Made by a program: the position numbers and the translations under genes. A model generated the notes under the pieces. It had not been told where the DNA came from. It saw only the letters and a program-made list of their open reading frames with translations, and did not search any database. A stretch of 64,000 nucleotides of DNA from Candidatus Hadarchaeota archaeon (GTDB lineage Archaea; Hadarchaeota; Hadarchaeia; Hadarchaeales; JAGGTB01), in assembly GCA_964384105.1 (NCBI GenBank), contig CAYLJV010000001.1:256001-320000 (forward strand), given 5' to 3'. Position 1 is the stretch's first letter, and every line of letters starts with the position of its first letter. This document shows, in pieces, positions 50,230-61,400 of this stretch.

Positions 50230-50705
50230 TGACTAAAGTTTGGATTTTTGGTGATGATATTTCGACTGATTTGATAATACCTGGTAGATATTTGATTGAT
50301 AGGGACCCCGAAAAGCTAGCCAAGCATACCATGGAGGGTGCTGACCCAGATTTTGCTGATAACGTCGAAAAAGGCGATGTTATAGTAGCTGGTAAAAACT
50401 TTGGTTGCGGTTCTAGTAGGGAGCATGCTCCTATTTCTTTGAAGGCGGCTGGCGTCTCAGGAATAATTGCTGAATCTTTTGCTAGGATATTCTATAGAAA
50501 TGCGATTAATCAGGGGATTCCAGTTTTAGCATTGGAAAACACTTTGGACAAGTTCGATGAGGGAGATGAAGTAGAAGTGGATTGGAGCGAAGGTGTTATA
50601 AAAAATTTGACACGGGATAAAGAGTTCAAAACAGTTCCATTACCTGAATTATTGAGTGATATTGTGAATGCAGGCGGCCTTCTCGAACGCTTGAAAAAAG
50701 AGTAA
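50229..50705 (+). CDS. leuD: 3-isopropylmalate dehydratase small subunit
   Basis: TDLIIPGRYL, NFGCGSSREHA. Confidence 0.94.
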   Translation: MTKVWIFGDDISTDLIIPGRYLIDRDPEKLAKHTMEGADPDFADNVEKGDVIVAGKNFGCGSSREHAPISLKAAGVSGIIAESFARIFYRNAINQGIPVLALENTLDKFDEGDEVEVDWSEGVIKNLTRDKEFKTVPLPELLSDIVNAGGLLERLKKE

Positions 50706-50807
50706 GGCTTCAAAGCATCTTAAAACAAAAAGCTTATTATTAAGGGGAAAAGAGAAGTTTCTTATTAGTAGACCTAGACTAGAAAAATGGTTTTCGAGGA
50801 GACTTAA

Positions 50808-51767
50808 ATGGTAAGGTCCAAACAAAAACTAGAAAGCGAGTCGAAATCTGGGTCAAATGAAAATATAAATAAATGTCCTTCTTGTGGCAGTACTACCGTT
50901 ATAAGGGATTATCAAAGAGGGTCTGCTGTTTGTGGGAAATGCGGTCGTGTAATCGAAGATGATATAAAGGATAGAGGGCCAGAATGGAGAGCCTTCAGCC
51001 AAGAACAGAGAGAAGAACGTAGTCGTGGTGGAGCTCCAATGACTTATACCATCCACGATAAGGGTCTTTCCACTAAGATCGATTGGAGAAATAGAGATGG
51101 TAGGGGTAAGAGCCTCTCACCGAAACGCAGATCTCAAATGTATAGGCTTAGAAAATGGCAAAGAAGGTCCAGAGTCTCGAATGCTGATGAGAGAAACTTG
51201 GCGTATGCACTTTCTGAGTTAGACCGGATGTCTTCACACCTTGGTCTTCCAAGGAATGTTCGAGAAACAGCTTCTATGATCTATCGTGAGGCAGTCGATA
51301 AACATCTGATAAGAGGTCGTTCTATCGAGGGTGTTTCCTCAGCGGCTTTGTATGCAGGATGCAGGAAATGCCAGGTTCCCAGAACTCTAGAGGAAATTGC
51401 GGAAGCATCTAGGGTAGATAAAAGAGAGATAAGTAGAAGTTATCGTTTTATTTCTCGGGAATTAGATATTCATTTGGAGCCAACAAACCCCGTTTCTTAC
51501 GTTTCTCGGTTCGGAAGCGAGTTAGGAATTTCTGGAGAGGCTCGAACAAAAGCTATCGAGATCATAAAAAAGGCGAAGGAAAAGAAGTTAACTTCTGGTA
51601 GAGGACCCACAGGGATGGCAGCAGCAGCGATATATGTAGCCAGTGTGATGTGTGGTGAGAGAAGAACTCAGCGTGATGCGGCAGAAGTTGCTAATGTTAC
51701 GGAAGTTACGGTTAGAAACAGGTATAAGGAACTCGTAGAGGAACTCGATCTAGATTTTGATATCTAA
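50808..51767 (+). CDS. tfb: Transcription initiation factor IIB
   Basis: CPSC...CGKCG zinc ribbon, GPEWRAF, two cyclin repeats, [13 protein letters not shown]. Confidence 0.99.
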   Translation: MVRSKQKLESESKSGSNENINKCPSCGSTTVIRDYQRGSAVCGKCGRVIEDDIKDRGPEWRAFSQEQREERSRGGAPMTYTIHDKGLSTKIDWRNRDGRGKSLSPKRRSQMYRLRKWQRRSRVSNADERNLAYALSELDRMSSHLGLPRNVRETASMIYREAVDKHLIRGRSIEGVSSAALYAGCRKCQVPRTLEEIAEASRVDKREISRSYRFISRELDIHLEPTNPVSYVSRFGSELGISGEARTKAIEIIKKAKEKKLTSGRGPTGMAAAAIYVASVMCGERRTQRDAAEVANVTEVTVRNRYKELVEELDLDFDI

Positions 51768-51904
51768 ATTAACTGAATTCTTAAACTTCTTTTTATTTTT
51801 TTGAAAGTTCCTTGAGTCGTGCATATTTTTAAGTTTGTATTTAAAAACTGAGTAGGAATTATAAAGTTTGAGCTTAATTATTGTGTGATTAGATATCGCG
51901 AAGG

Positions 51905-53041
51905 GTGTTATTATTGGTAAAGAAAATAGCTGTTATACCGGGTGACGGAACGGGACCAGAGGTTATTAAAGAGGGTAAAAAGGTTCTAAAGGCCATCGAA
52001 GATTCTGTTAAAGGGCTTAGCATAGATTTTGAGGAATTTTCTTACGGTTCCGATAGATATCTTGAAACAGGTGAGTTGATACCCAAAGATGATTTCAAGA
52101 AATTGGAAAAAATGGATGCTATTTATCTTGGGGCCTTGGGAGACCCGAGGGTTCCACCTGGAGTGTTGGAACAGGGTATTTTACTTAATTTAAGGTTTTA
52201 TTTTGATCAATATATCAATTTAAGGCCCATAAAACTCTATCCGAATGTTCCGTGTCCCCTAGTGGGCAAGGGCCCGAAAGATGTCGATTTTTACGTTGTC
52301 AGAGAAAATACTGAGGACTTTTACGTGGCAATGGGTGGAAGAGCAGAGGGGAAGACAAAAGAGCATTTAGAAGTCTCTCGGTCTGTTTTTGAGGCTAAAT
52401 TTGATTTGGATATAGAAACAGAGAGGGATGAAATCGCTTATCAGATCGGAGTTATCAGTAGAAAGGGTGCCGAAAGAGCTATTAGATTTGCGTTCGATTT
52501 GGCGAAAGAAAAAGATAGAAATAGATTAACTTCTGTGGATAAAGCAAATGTACTGTCCCATTCTTATGGCCTCTGGAGGGAAGTCTTTGAGGAGGTTTCC
52601 AAGGATTATCCTAATATAGAAACGGAATTCTCTTTTGTGGATGCTATTACCATGTGGTTTATCAAAAAACCCGAATGGTACGATGTAGTTGTTTCCCCGA
52701 ATATGTTTGGTGATATTATTACAGACCAGGGTGCAATGATTCAGGGGGGTCTTGGGTTGGCCCCAGGTGGTAATATAAACCCTAATGGCTTGAGTATGTT
52801 CGAACCGATACATGGTTCCGCACCTAAGCACGCAGGAAAAGGTAAAGCGAATCCATTAGCTACTATTTTAGCAGGGCAGATGATGTTGGAGCATCTGGGA
52901 GAAAGTGAAGCTGCTAAGAGGGTAGAAGAAGCAGTTATAGAAGTTTTACAGGAAGGTAAAATTAGAACCTATGATCTTGGTGGGGATTCTACTACTTCTG
53001 AAGTGGGGGATGCTGTAGCGGAGAAGATCAGAGAAGGCTAG
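51905..53041 (+). CDS. leuB: 3-isopropylmalate dehydrogenase
   Basis: [34 protein letters not shown]. Confidence 0.9.
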   Translation: MLLLVKKIAVIPGDGTGPEVIKEGKKVLKAIEDSVKGLSIDFEEFSYGSDRYLETGELIPKDDFKKLEKMDAIYLGALGDPRVPPGVLEQGILLNLRFYFDQYINLRPIKLYPNVPCPLVGKGPKDVDFYVVRENTEDFYVAMGGRAEGKTKEHLEVSRSVFEAKFDLDIETERDEIAYQIGVISRKGAERAIRFAFDLAKEKDRNRLTSVDKANVLSHSYGLWREVFEEVSKDYPNIETEFSFVDAITMWFIKKPEWYDVVVSPNMFGDIITDQGAMIQGGLGLAPGGNINPNGLSMFEPIHGSAPKHAGKGKANPLATILAGQMMLEHLGESEAAKRVEEAVIEVLQEGKIRTYDLGGDSTTSEVGDAVAEKIREG

Positions 53042-53115
53042 ATTGCTCCCTTTTGTCTCTTCTGATTTTTTGTAACTTTTAATTTGCAAGGTAGAGAGTT
53101 TACCAAGAGGATAAA

Positions 53116-54345
53116 ATGTGGGATTTGCTTGGGTTGTTAGTATCCTTTTCTTTGATAATAGTTTTGATCAGAAGAGGTAGACGCTTTGGTGTCGCTATGC
53201 TTGTTGCCTCAGGCGTATTGATGATTTTTTCTCAGAATAATCTGACTGTTTTGCAAACATTCTACGTTTTCAAAGACGCTGTAATTTCGGTTGACACTAT
53301 TTCTTTGACTGTGGGTGTGGCTTTGATCGGTATTTTGGCAAATTCTATGAAACATAGAGGCCAAATAGAGTCAATAATATCTAATTTAAGACATAGAACC
53401 AGGGAGGAAGGGGTTTTAGCTGCCATACCTGCCGTTTTTGGATTATTGCCCGTCCCTGGTGGGGCTTTAATGTCTGCCCCGATGATAGATGGTGAGGGTA
53501 AGAGACTTGGTGTTTCTAAATCTGGACGAGTATTTCTAAATCTCTGGTTTAGACATATTGGTTTTTTGATATTTCCTCTCGCACCACCACTTCTATTAAT
53601 CGCTCATAAATCGTCGGTAGCACTTCATAGTCTAATATTGTTTCAGGTGCCAATTTTCTTAGGGGCTCTTATTGTAGGGGTCATAATTCTCTTTAGAGAG
53701 ACTAAAGTCGAAACCGACTCTGAAGTGGCGGATTTTTTAGAAAAAGGAAAGTTTTCTTTATTTAATAGCTTGGCTCCGATATCTACTTCGATACTTCTCT
53801 TTTTCTTGTTTTCTTATTTTACTCCTCTTTCTTTTTATTCTTCCCTCGTTGTTTCAATTCCTGTTGGAATTTTAGTTTCCCTTTTGATAGGGGTATCTGA
53901 GGGAATTAGTGCCTCAAATATTATTAAAGAAGGATTTTCTTTTGATCTTTCTCTGGCAGTTTTTGGAATTTTGATCTTTTACAAGATAGTTCAGTCTTCT
54001 GGGCTTTCTATTACTTTATCTGATCTATTTTTAGGATCATTTCTTCCGGTTCCGGCTTTAATAGTTATTATATCCTTCTTGCTTGGTTTTAGTATGGGAC
54101 ATAATCTTGGGGCTGTAGGGGTTTCTTATTCTATTTTAGCATCTTCTGTAAGCGGAAGTCTACCTTTTGTTTCTTTGATTTACGTATCCTCTTTTTTAGG
54201 ATACTTAATCTCCCCGATACATCTTTGTGTAGCGGTGAACTACGAATATTTCAATCCAGATATGGCCAAACTCTATAAGCTATATTTACCCTCCGCCATG
54301 ACAGTACTGGCTTTGGCGGTAATTTGGATACTAATTTTCTCTTAG
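53116..54345 (+). CDS. DUF401 family membrane transporter
   Basis: GLLPVPGGALMSAP, NLWFRH, SPIHLC. Confidence 0.85.
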   Translation: MWDLLGLLVSFSLIIVLIRRGRRFGVAMLVASGVLMIFSQNNLTVLQTFYVFKDAVISVDTISLTVGVALIGILANSMKHRGQIESIISNLRHRTREEGVLAAIPAVFGLLPVPGGALMSAPMIDGEGKRLGVSKSGRVFLNLWFRHIGFLIFPLAPPLLLIAHKSSVALHSLILFQVPIFLGALIVGVIILFRETKVETDSEVADFLEKGKFSLFNSLAPISTSILLFFLFSYFTPLSFYSSLVVSIPVGILVSLLIGVSEGISASNIIKEGFSFDLSLAVFGILIFYKIVQSSGLSITLSDLFLGSFLPVPALIVIISFLLGFSMGHNLGAVGVSYSILASSVSGSLPFVSLIYVSSFLGYLISPIHLCVAVNYEYFNPDMAKLYKLYLPSAMTVLALAVIWILIFS

Positions 54346-54380
54346 TTGGACGTTTAAATGTTCGAAAATTGAAGAAACTG

Positions 54381-55949
54381 CTATTTATTCTTCTCTTTAA
54401 TTTTACGAGTAATAAAGTACCTATTGATTCCATTTATCATTGCTTCGACGCTTGCTAATACGACATCGTCGCGTACACCTTTTGCTATGTAGAGGTTATT
54501 ATTCTCATCTTCTAATTTTACTGTTACATCTGCTAGGGCATCGCTACCTCCCGTTATCGCATCGAGATGGTACTCTTTTAGCCTCAGCTCGGCTATTTCG
54601 TTCATTACGTTTCTCAGAGCTTTTATCGCTGCGTCTACTGGTCCTGCTCCTGTTGCGGATCCTATACGTTCGTCACCTTCTAAAGAGAGTTTTATTGAGG
54701 AAGTCGGGGTTATGGTGTTTCCAGTTAGCACTGTGGCTTCCTTTAGCAATACGGCTTTTTCTTCTTCTGGGAGTGTTCCGATAATACTCTCTGCGATTGC
54801 TCTGAGGTCTGCATCAGTTACTATTTTTCCCTTATCACCGAGTTCCTTAAGTCGGGTAGTTATCTTGTCTATTTGTTCTTCTGTTGCTTCAATTTCCATC
54901 TGATCTAATTGTTTTTCTACTGATTTCTTACCCGTGTGTTTTCCAAGTGTTAATCTACGATGGTGACCTACGAGCTCTGGAGAGAGAGCTTCATAAGTTC
55001 CAGGTGATTTTAAAACTCCATCCACATGAATTCCCGCTTCGTGAGCAAACGCATTATCTCCGACTATTGCTTTATTTGGTGGTACATGTATTCCGGTTAT
55101 TCTTTCTATAAGATTGGATGATTTCACCAGTGACTGAGTTTTGATTTTGGGTTTAATGTTGTAAAGAGAACGAAGTGTCATGACTATTTCTTCTAGAGAC
55201 GCATTTCCCGCTCTCTCCCCAAGACCGTTTATAGTAGCGTGAATTTGCTCGGCCCCCCCTTCTACTGCAGCGATTGAGTTAGAAACTGCAAGACCAAAGT
55301 CGTTATGGCAGTGAACACTGATTGGGATATTTACTACCTTTTTTATTTCTTCTATCAGATTTCGCATTGCGGCAGGAGTTGCAACTCCAACGGTGTCTGG
55401 TACGTTTATTCTGTCTGCTCCAGCCTCTTCTACGGCTTTATATATTTTTTTCAAAAATCTGAGTTCTGTTCTGGTGGCGTCTTCCGCTGAAAACTCGGCT
55501 ATTAGGCCGTTATCTTTAATTTTCCCAACGTATCTCACAGCTTTTTCTAAGGCTTCTTCTTTCGTTAATCCTAATTTTTTCTCGAGGTGAATATCAGAAG
55601 TGGCGATAAAGCAATGTATTGAGTCCACATTGCAATCAATTGCAGTTTCTATATCGTCATTCGAGGATCTAGCTAAAGCGCATATTTCTGCATTTAGTCC
55701 ACTATTTGCGATTTCCTTTACAGATATCTTTTCCCCTTCCGAAACTATGGGAAATCCGGCTTCTATAACGTCTACCCTGAGTTCATCGAGTTGCTTGGCA
55801 ATTCTCATTTTCTGATCTGGAGTGAATGATACTCCGGGAGTTTGCTCGCCATCTCTTAAGGTAGTGTCGAATATAGTAATTCTCTTCGGCAATTTGAGAC
55901 TTTTTTTATAAGTCTTTGTAAATTCGCTGATGTAGTCTTTTTTATTCAT
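54381..55949 (-). CDS. leuA: 2-isopropylmalate synthase
   Basis: [29 protein letters not shown]-terminal regulatory domain. Confidence 0.85.
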   Translation of the reverse strand: MNKKDYISEFTKTYKKSLKLPKRITIFDTTLRDGEQTPGVSFTPDQKMRIAKQLDELRVDVIEAGFPIVSEGEKISVKEIANSGLNAEICALARSSNDDIETAIDCNVDSIHCFIATSDIHLEKKLGLTKEEALEKAVRYVGKIKDNGLIAEFSAEDATRTELRFLKKIYKAVEEAGADRINVPDTVGVATPAAMRNLIEEIKKVVNIPISVHCHNDFGLAVSNSIAAVEGGAEQIHATINGLGERAGNASLEEIVMTLRSLYNIKPKIKTQSLVKSSNLIERITGIHVPPNKAIVGDNAFAHEAGIHVDGVLKSPGTYEALSPELVGHHRRLTLGKHTGKKSVEKQLDQMEIEATEEQIDKITTRLKELGDKGKIVTDADLRAIAESIIGTLPEEEKAVLLKEATVLTGNTITPTSSIKLSLEGDERIGSATGAGPVDAAIKALRNVMNEIAELRLKEYHLDAITGGSDALADVTVKLEDENNNLYIAKGVRDDVVLASVEAMINGINRYFITRKIKEKNK

Positions 55950-56020
55950 TTTAAATACCAAAACTAATTACTTGTAGGGATAATAAATATCTAGGCAATT
56001 GCGATAATGTAGAGGGTCCT

Positions 56021-57526
56021 ATGTCAAAGAAAGTAATTAAAGTTATGGATACTACGCTCCGAGACGGTGAACAGACTCCAGGCGTAGCTCTTTCACCAGA
56101 TGAGAAATTGAACATCGCCAAGAATCTGGATGAATTAGGAGTTGATATAATTGAAGCTGGTTCAGCAATAACTTCTACTGGAGAGCGAGAAGGGATAAAG
56201 AAGATAGTGAAAGAAGATTTAGATGCGGAGATTCTCAGTTTCTCGAGGGGGGTAAAATCGGATATAGATTACGCTCTTGGTTGTGAAGTCGATGGAGTCC
56301 ACCTTGTAATCCCTTCCTCAGATTTACATATAGAGAAGAAGCTTAGGAAAACTCGGGAGGAGGTTAAAGAAATGGCGGTAGAGACATCGAGGTATGCTTT
56401 AGATCATGGATTGATTGTTGAATTATCTGCAGAGGATGCGACTAGGGCAGATCGGGAATTCCTTAAGGAACTTTTTCAAGCGGGACTAGATGAAGGTGCT
56501 CATAGGATCTGCGCTTGTGATACGGTGAGTATGATGATGCCGGAGCAGATATATGATCTCTTTTCGTTCTTATCAGAAACTTTTAAGGTCCCAATTGCTA
56601 CTCATTGCCATGATGATTTTGGTGTGGCTGTTGCAAATACGATAGCCGCTGTTAGAGCTGGTGCTACTGAAGTACATACTACTGTGAATGGTCTTGGGGA
56701 GAGAGCGGGAAATGCAGCGCTTGAGGAGGTTGTTTTAGGCTTAAATCGTTTTTACGATTATGAAACAAGAGTCAAAATGGGGGGGTTATATGATATTTCC
56801 CGTCTTGTGGAGAGATATACAGGTGTGCCTATTTCGCCTACAAAAGCAGTGATTGGTGACAATGCTTTTGCTCACGAAGCTGGGATTCACACACATGGTG
56901 TTTTGTCGGAATCATCTACTTATGAACCTGTTTCTCCTGAGATGGTAGGGCAACGACGGCGACTGATTTTTGGGAAGCATACAGGAAAACATGCTATTGA
57001 GAGTGAATTGAAAAGTAAAGGTTTGAATGCTACGGACGAACAGGTAGAGGAAATTTTTCAGAGGATTAAGAGCCTTGGAGATAGAGGCAAGTTGGTCACT
57101 CATGTGGAGTGGAGTGCTATAGTTGATGAGGTAATGGGGAGGAGTTTAGAGGACTTGGTTCAACTTCAGGGTTTGACGGTAACAAGCGGTGATAATGTTA
57201 CCCCAATGGCTTCCGTCAAAGTTAAATTTAAGGATAAAGAGTTTATAGAAGCAGGCGTCGGTGTAGGACCAGTCGATGCTACTATAAATGCAGTTCGGAA
57301 AGTTGTGGAAGGAGTTTCAAATATAAAATTACAGGAATATCAGGTTGAAGCCATCTCTGGTGGTACCGATGCGTTAGTAGATGTGGTTGTTAAACTAACG
57401 GATGGAAAGAAGATAATAGATTCTCGAGGTACGGATGAGGATATAATTAAGGCAAGTGTAAAGGCAATGCTTAATGGTGTTAACCGCTTATTATGGGATA
57501 AGAAGCTTGGAGAGAAAGGTGATTAA
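56021..57526 (+). CDS. cimA: (R)-citramalate synthase
   Basis: DTTLRDGEQ with [16 protein letters not shown] and VHLVIP, features of archaeal CimA. Confidence 0.8.
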   Translation: MSKKVIKVMDTTLRDGEQTPGVALSPDEKLNIAKNLDELGVDIIEAGSAITSTGEREGIKKIVKEDLDAEILSFSRGVKSDIDYALGCEVDGVHLVIPSSDLHIEKKLRKTREEVKEMAVETSRYALDHGLIVELSAEDATRADREFLKELFQAGLDEGAHRICACDTVSMMMPEQIYDLFSFLSETFKVPIATHCHDDFGVAVANTIAAVRAGATEVHTTVNGLGERAGNAALEEVVLGLNRFYDYETRVKMGGLYDISRLVERYTGVPISPTKAVIGDNAFAHEAGIHTHGVLSESSTYEPVSPEMVGQRRRLIFGKHTGKHAIESELKSKGLNATDEQVEEIFQRIKSLGDRGKLVTHVEWSAIVDEVMGRSLEDLVQLQGLTVTSGDNVTPMASVKVKFKDKEFIEAGVGVGPVDATINAVRKVVEGVSNIKLQEYQVEAISGGTDALVDVVVKLTDGKKIIDSRGTDEDIIKASVKAMLNGVNRLLWDKKLGEKGD

Positions 57527-57838
57527 TTGGCTAAAGATGAAGAACCATCATTAGAGGAGCGAATAGGGAGTCTACGTCGCCCAAGAAAAAACGAAGTTTT
57601 TGGTGTTGTAGAAGAGGCGATGGGTTCAGGCCATATGAAAGTCAGGTGTAAGGATGGACACACTCGAGTTTGTCGAATACCTGGGAGACTTCGGAAGAGA
57701 GTTTGGATTAGAGAAGGCGATGTTGTGATAGTTGAGCCATGGCAAGTCCAGAGTGATGAGAAAGGAGACATCGTTTATAGATATACCCAGACCCAATTGG
57801 GTTGGCTGAAGAAGGCTGGCATTTGGAAAGGCGATTAG
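57527..57838 (+). CDS. eif1a: Translation initiation factor aIF-1A
   Basis: [27 protein letters not shown]. Confidence 0.97.
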   Translation: MAKDEEPSLEERIGSLRRPRKNEVFGVVEEAMGSGHMKVRCKDGHTRVCRIPGRLRKRVWIREGDVVIVEPWQVQSDEKGDIVYRYTQTQLGWLKKAGIWKGD

Positions 57839-57939
57839 CTCTTTTTACTTTTATATATGAAATAAGATAGATTTCCAACCGGAAATTACATTGGGCAATG
57901 TCATTGTATACATCTAAAAAGGAATATTTTGGGATAATC

Positions 57940-58485
57940 ATGAGAGTAGAGAGAATTCGTATACCTAAGGAGAGGATTGCTGTCGCGATTGGTTCTGAAG
58001 GGGAGGTTAGAGAGAGGATAGAAAAAGAGACTAAGGTAAAGATAGACTACGACAGCGAGGGTGGAGTAGTTACTATTAAGGGAAGTGACGAAAATCCATT
58101 AAGTGCATTAACTGCTCGTGATGTTATAAAGGCAATAGGGCGTGGATTTAGTCCAAAAAAAGCATTTAGGCTTTTTGATGAGCGAATGTATCTGGATGTA
58201 ATTGATATAACTGATTATACCGGTGATTCCGACAAAGCAAAAGAGAGAATGAAAGGGAGGCTTATTGGAAGAAATGGTAAGACCAGAAAAATAATTGAGG
58301 AGTACACAGGTGCTTCGGTTTCTATTTACGGTAAAACTGTTGCTTTCATAGATTCCCCTGAGAGGATACAGATTGTCAGGGAAGCAGTGCTTATGCTTTT
58401 GGACGGAGCCCCGCATTCAGCAGTTTATAATTTCCTTGCTGAGAAAAAGAGAGAATCCGAAAAGCCCTTGGATCTTTGGAAGTAG
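57940..58485 (+). CDS. KH-domain rRNA processing protein Dim2/Pno1
   Basis: AIGRGFSP, RMKGRLIGRNGKTR, GAPHSAVY. Confidence 0.93.
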   Translation: MRVERIRIPKERIAVAIGSEGEVRERIEKETKVKIDYDSEGGVVTIKGSDENPLSALTARDVIKAIGRGFSPKKAFRLFDERMYLDVIDITDYTGDSDKAKERMKGRLIGRNGKTRKIIEEYTGASVSIYGKTVAFIDSPERIQIVREAVLMLLDGAPHSAVYNFLAEKKRESEKPLDLWK

Positions 58486-58603
58486 AATACTTTCACTTCA
58501 CACCCCTCAATTCTATTAATAAGGAATGAGGGAAAAATGAAGGTGGACTATAGATTGCCGGAGTGAAGAGCATAAAAGTTAGATAATTTCAATTAGATGA
58601 GGT

Positions 58604-60166
58604 GTGGTAATGGTATTAGCTAAAGACATTTTCAAAGAATTTAGGGAGCACAGTGTTAGTGAATTCTTTAGAAAGAATGCTGCTATGCTGGGTTATACTG
58701 GAAAAATCCGTTCGTTAACTACTGTTGTTCATGAAGGAGTTACTAATGCTATAGATGCTGCAGAAGATGCTGGTACTTTACCTTCTGTTTTCGTTGCGAT
58801 AAAATCGATGAATGAAGATTCTGAGCACTACAAGGTAGTTATAGAAGACAATGCTTCGGGTATTCCGGATGAATATATCCCTCGAGTCTTTGGAAGGATG
58901 TTAGCTGGTACCAAGTTGCATAGGAACGTACAGAACAGGGGACAACAGGGAATTGGTATTTCGGGTGGTGTTATGTTCGCGCAGGCTACTAGTGGTCAAC
59001 CTGCCAAAGTGATTACTTCGACTGGGAATGGAGATAGCATTTCTTACAACGAAGTCATGATCGATGTCAACAAGAACGAAGGAAAGATCATGGATCATAA
59101 GAAATTGGACGGAGATTGGAGAGGAACTAGAATAGAGTTCGAAGTTAAGGATGTGATTTATCAGAGGTCTCGTTATGGACCTTATAATTATCTTAGGATG
59201 ACTGCTATAGCTAATCCACATGTTCAGATTACTTTTGAAGAACCAGATGGAGCACTCACGGTATTTGAAAGGGCTATAGAGGATATACCAGAAGAGCCTA
59301 AGCCTATACCTCCCCATCCGGCGGGAATGCGGGCAGACGGTCTCTTGGACCTGGCCAAAAGTACTAATAGTCAGAGTGTCGGGACGTTTCTTGTAAATGA
59401 CTTGTCTCGGTTTTCCCGAAATAAACTCGAGGAACTTGAGGAGCTGATTGATGTCGACTTAGACATGAGTCCCTCTAGCCTTAGCTGGAGTGAAGCTGAA
59501 AAGATTGTGTCCGCTTTCAGAAAGCTGAAGTTTATATCCCCGCCTACAAAGGGCCTTAGGCCTATCGGTGAGGAAAATATAGAAAGGGGACTTCTTCAGA
59601 TTCTAGATCCTGATTTTGCCTGTGCTGTTACGCGATCGCCAGAGGTCTATCGTGGTGGTATTCCGTTTATTGTGGAAACTGGACTTGCCTATGGAGGTAA
59701 TGCGGGAGACAGCTCGGGGTCCGGCGATAAGGGTCTTGAAGTTATTAGGTTTGCTAATCGAGCTCCTCTTATATTTAACCAAGGTGGTTGTGCTTTAACT
59801 TCCGCAGCTAAGGATATAGACTGGAGAAGGTATGAAGTGGATACAGAAAGTACTCCCGTGACTCTCTTCATCAACATTGTTTCTACTCACGTTCCATATA
59901 CTTCGGCCGGTAAGCAGTCTGTGGCTGAAGAAACGGAGGTTTATGAAGAGGTTAGACAAGCGATAATGCAGGCGGCTAGAAAACTCAAGAGCTTCCTTAG
60001 ACAGAGGAAGAAGAAAAGAGAACGTTTGAAAAGAGCAAACTTATTTGAAAAGTATCTTCCAATTATATCTCAAAAGGCGGCCGATTTGATTGGGGAAGAA
60101 AATCCCCCTGAGATCGGATCTCTTGTTAAAGAAATAACAGGTGTACAAAATGCCGAACAAGAATGA
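58604..60166 (+). CDS. top6B: DNA topoisomerase VI subunit B
   Basis: EFFRKN, E.VTNAIDA, RGQQGIG GHKL motifs; RFANRAPL. Confidence 0.97.
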   Translation: MVMVLAKDIFKEFREHSVSEFFRKNAAMLGYTGKIRSLTTVVHEGVTNAIDAAEDAGTLPSVFVAIKSMNEDSEHYKVVIEDNASGIPDEYIPRVFGRMLAGTKLHRNVQNRGQQGIGISGGVMFAQATSGQPAKVITSTGNGDSISYNEVMIDVNKNEGKIMDHKKLDGDWRGTRIEFEVKDVIYQRSRYGPYNYLRMTAIANPHVQITFEEPDGALTVFERAIEDIPEEPKPIPPHPAGMRADGLLDLAKSTNSQSVGTFLVNDLSRFSRNKLEELEELIDVDLDMSPSSLSWSEAEKIVSAFRKLKFISPPTKGLRPIGEENIERGLLQILDPDFACAVTRSPEVYRGGIPFIVETGLAYGGNAGDSSGSGDKGLEVIRFANRAPLIFNQGGCALTSAAKDIDWRRYEVDTESTPVTLFINIVSTHVPYTSAGKQSVAEETEVYEEVRQAIMQAARKLKSFLRQRKKKRERLKRANLFEKYLPIISQKAADLIGEENPPEIGSLVKEITGVQNAEQE

Positions 60167-61217
60167 GAATCCAAGAAAAGAGGCTTTGGAGGAACTCCAG
60201 AGATTTGGTTCGGATATACTGGAAAACATTAGGAATATGGAGCCTCCTAGAATGAAGATTCCTTCTAGGAGCACCTCTAATATTGTTTTTGATGAAGAAG
60301 AGAGGTATTACACACTTGCAGGAAAGAAAAGTACGAGGACCGCGGCTAACATGAGGCAAGTCAAAAAGTTCGCTCAAACTATGTGTGCCGCAGATTTCTG
60401 CAAGGATCTTATCAATGCCGATAAAACCGCCACCCTCAGGGAGATGTATTATACTTCGGAGGGTTGGCCTACTGGAGGTTTTAGTTCACAGGATAGATCG
60501 GATAGGGTGGTCGAGGATATCGAGTCCGCTTTTGGACTTAAAAGGGAGGATTTAGGGCTACTTCCAGAAGAAGATGGAGCTTCTATTTTTGGTGAGTTGT
60601 TGGTTAAGGAAGGTAACATCCAAGTTAAGGCAACTGAAGCTGGTAGAGCTGGCTACACCATTCCACCGACTATGAGTGACGTTGAGTTCCTGGAATGTGG
60701 TGCAGAGCGTGTACTTGCGGTGGAAACTATGGGAATGTATCATCGTTTGGTTCAGGAGAAGGCTTGGGAAACTTATAACTCTCTAATTGTGGCTCTCAAG
60801 GGTCAACCGGCCCGGGCAACTAGAAGATTTTTGAGGAGAGCCAACGAAGAACTTGGTTTACCTGTTTACCTGTTTACTGACGGTGATCCATTTGGTTTTC
60901 ATATAGCAATGGTAGTTATATCGGGAAGTGCAAAGCTCGCTTACATAAATCATGACTTAGCAGTTCCAGATGCACAATTTTTAGGTGTAACAGCTTCGGA
61001 TATAGAAGATTACGATCTTCCCACCGATAAATTGCGAGAAACCGATGTCAAGAGACTTAAACAGCTTCTTGACGATCCCCGATACAAAAGTGACTTTTGG
61101 CAGAAGGAAATAAATAAAATGCTTAAGTTGGGCAAGAAGGCCGAACAACAGGCTTTTTCAAAGTATGGTCTTGAGTATGTCGTGGAAGAATATTTGCCTA
61201 AGAAAATCGGGTTGTGA
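60150..61217 (+). CDS. top6A: DNA topoisomerase VI subunit A
   Basis: TLREMYY, DGDPFG TOPRIM motif, KAEQQ. Confidence 0.97.
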   Translation: MPNKNENPRKEALEELQRFGSDILENIRNMEPPRMKIPSRSTSNIVFDEEERYYTLAGKKSTRTAANMRQVKKFAQTMCAADFCKDLINADKTATLREMYYTSEGWPTGGFSSQDRSDRVVEDIESAFGLKREDLGLLPEEDGASIFGELLVKEGNIQVKATEAGRAGYTIPPTMSDVEFLECGAERVLAVETMGMYHRLVQEKAWETYNSLIVALKGQPARATRRFLRRANEELGLPVYLFTDGDPFGFHIAMVVISGSAKLAYINHDLAVPDAQFLGVTASDIEDYDLPTDKLRETDVKRLKQLLDDPRYKSDFWQKEINKMLKLGKKAEQQAFSKYGLEYVVEEYLPKKIGL

Positions 61218-61400
61218 TTAGATTTTTTCTGCTCGTTTTTCCGCTTTAGAGTGTGATACTAAATTTTTCCATTATTTAAGGTCTTGTTGATAGTTAAACG
61301 CTAGAAGTTCAATATCTATTATTGTGGAGTGGATTTAATTTTTATAAATCGGAACTATTCGGGAACTTAAATGTTCTATAGATTGAAGAAGGGAAATATT

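Noticed and set aside
4968-51767. Inteins in RtcB, NrdJ or TFB, which are common hosts
   Set aside because: Protein lengths are normal and the conserved motifs are uninterrupted
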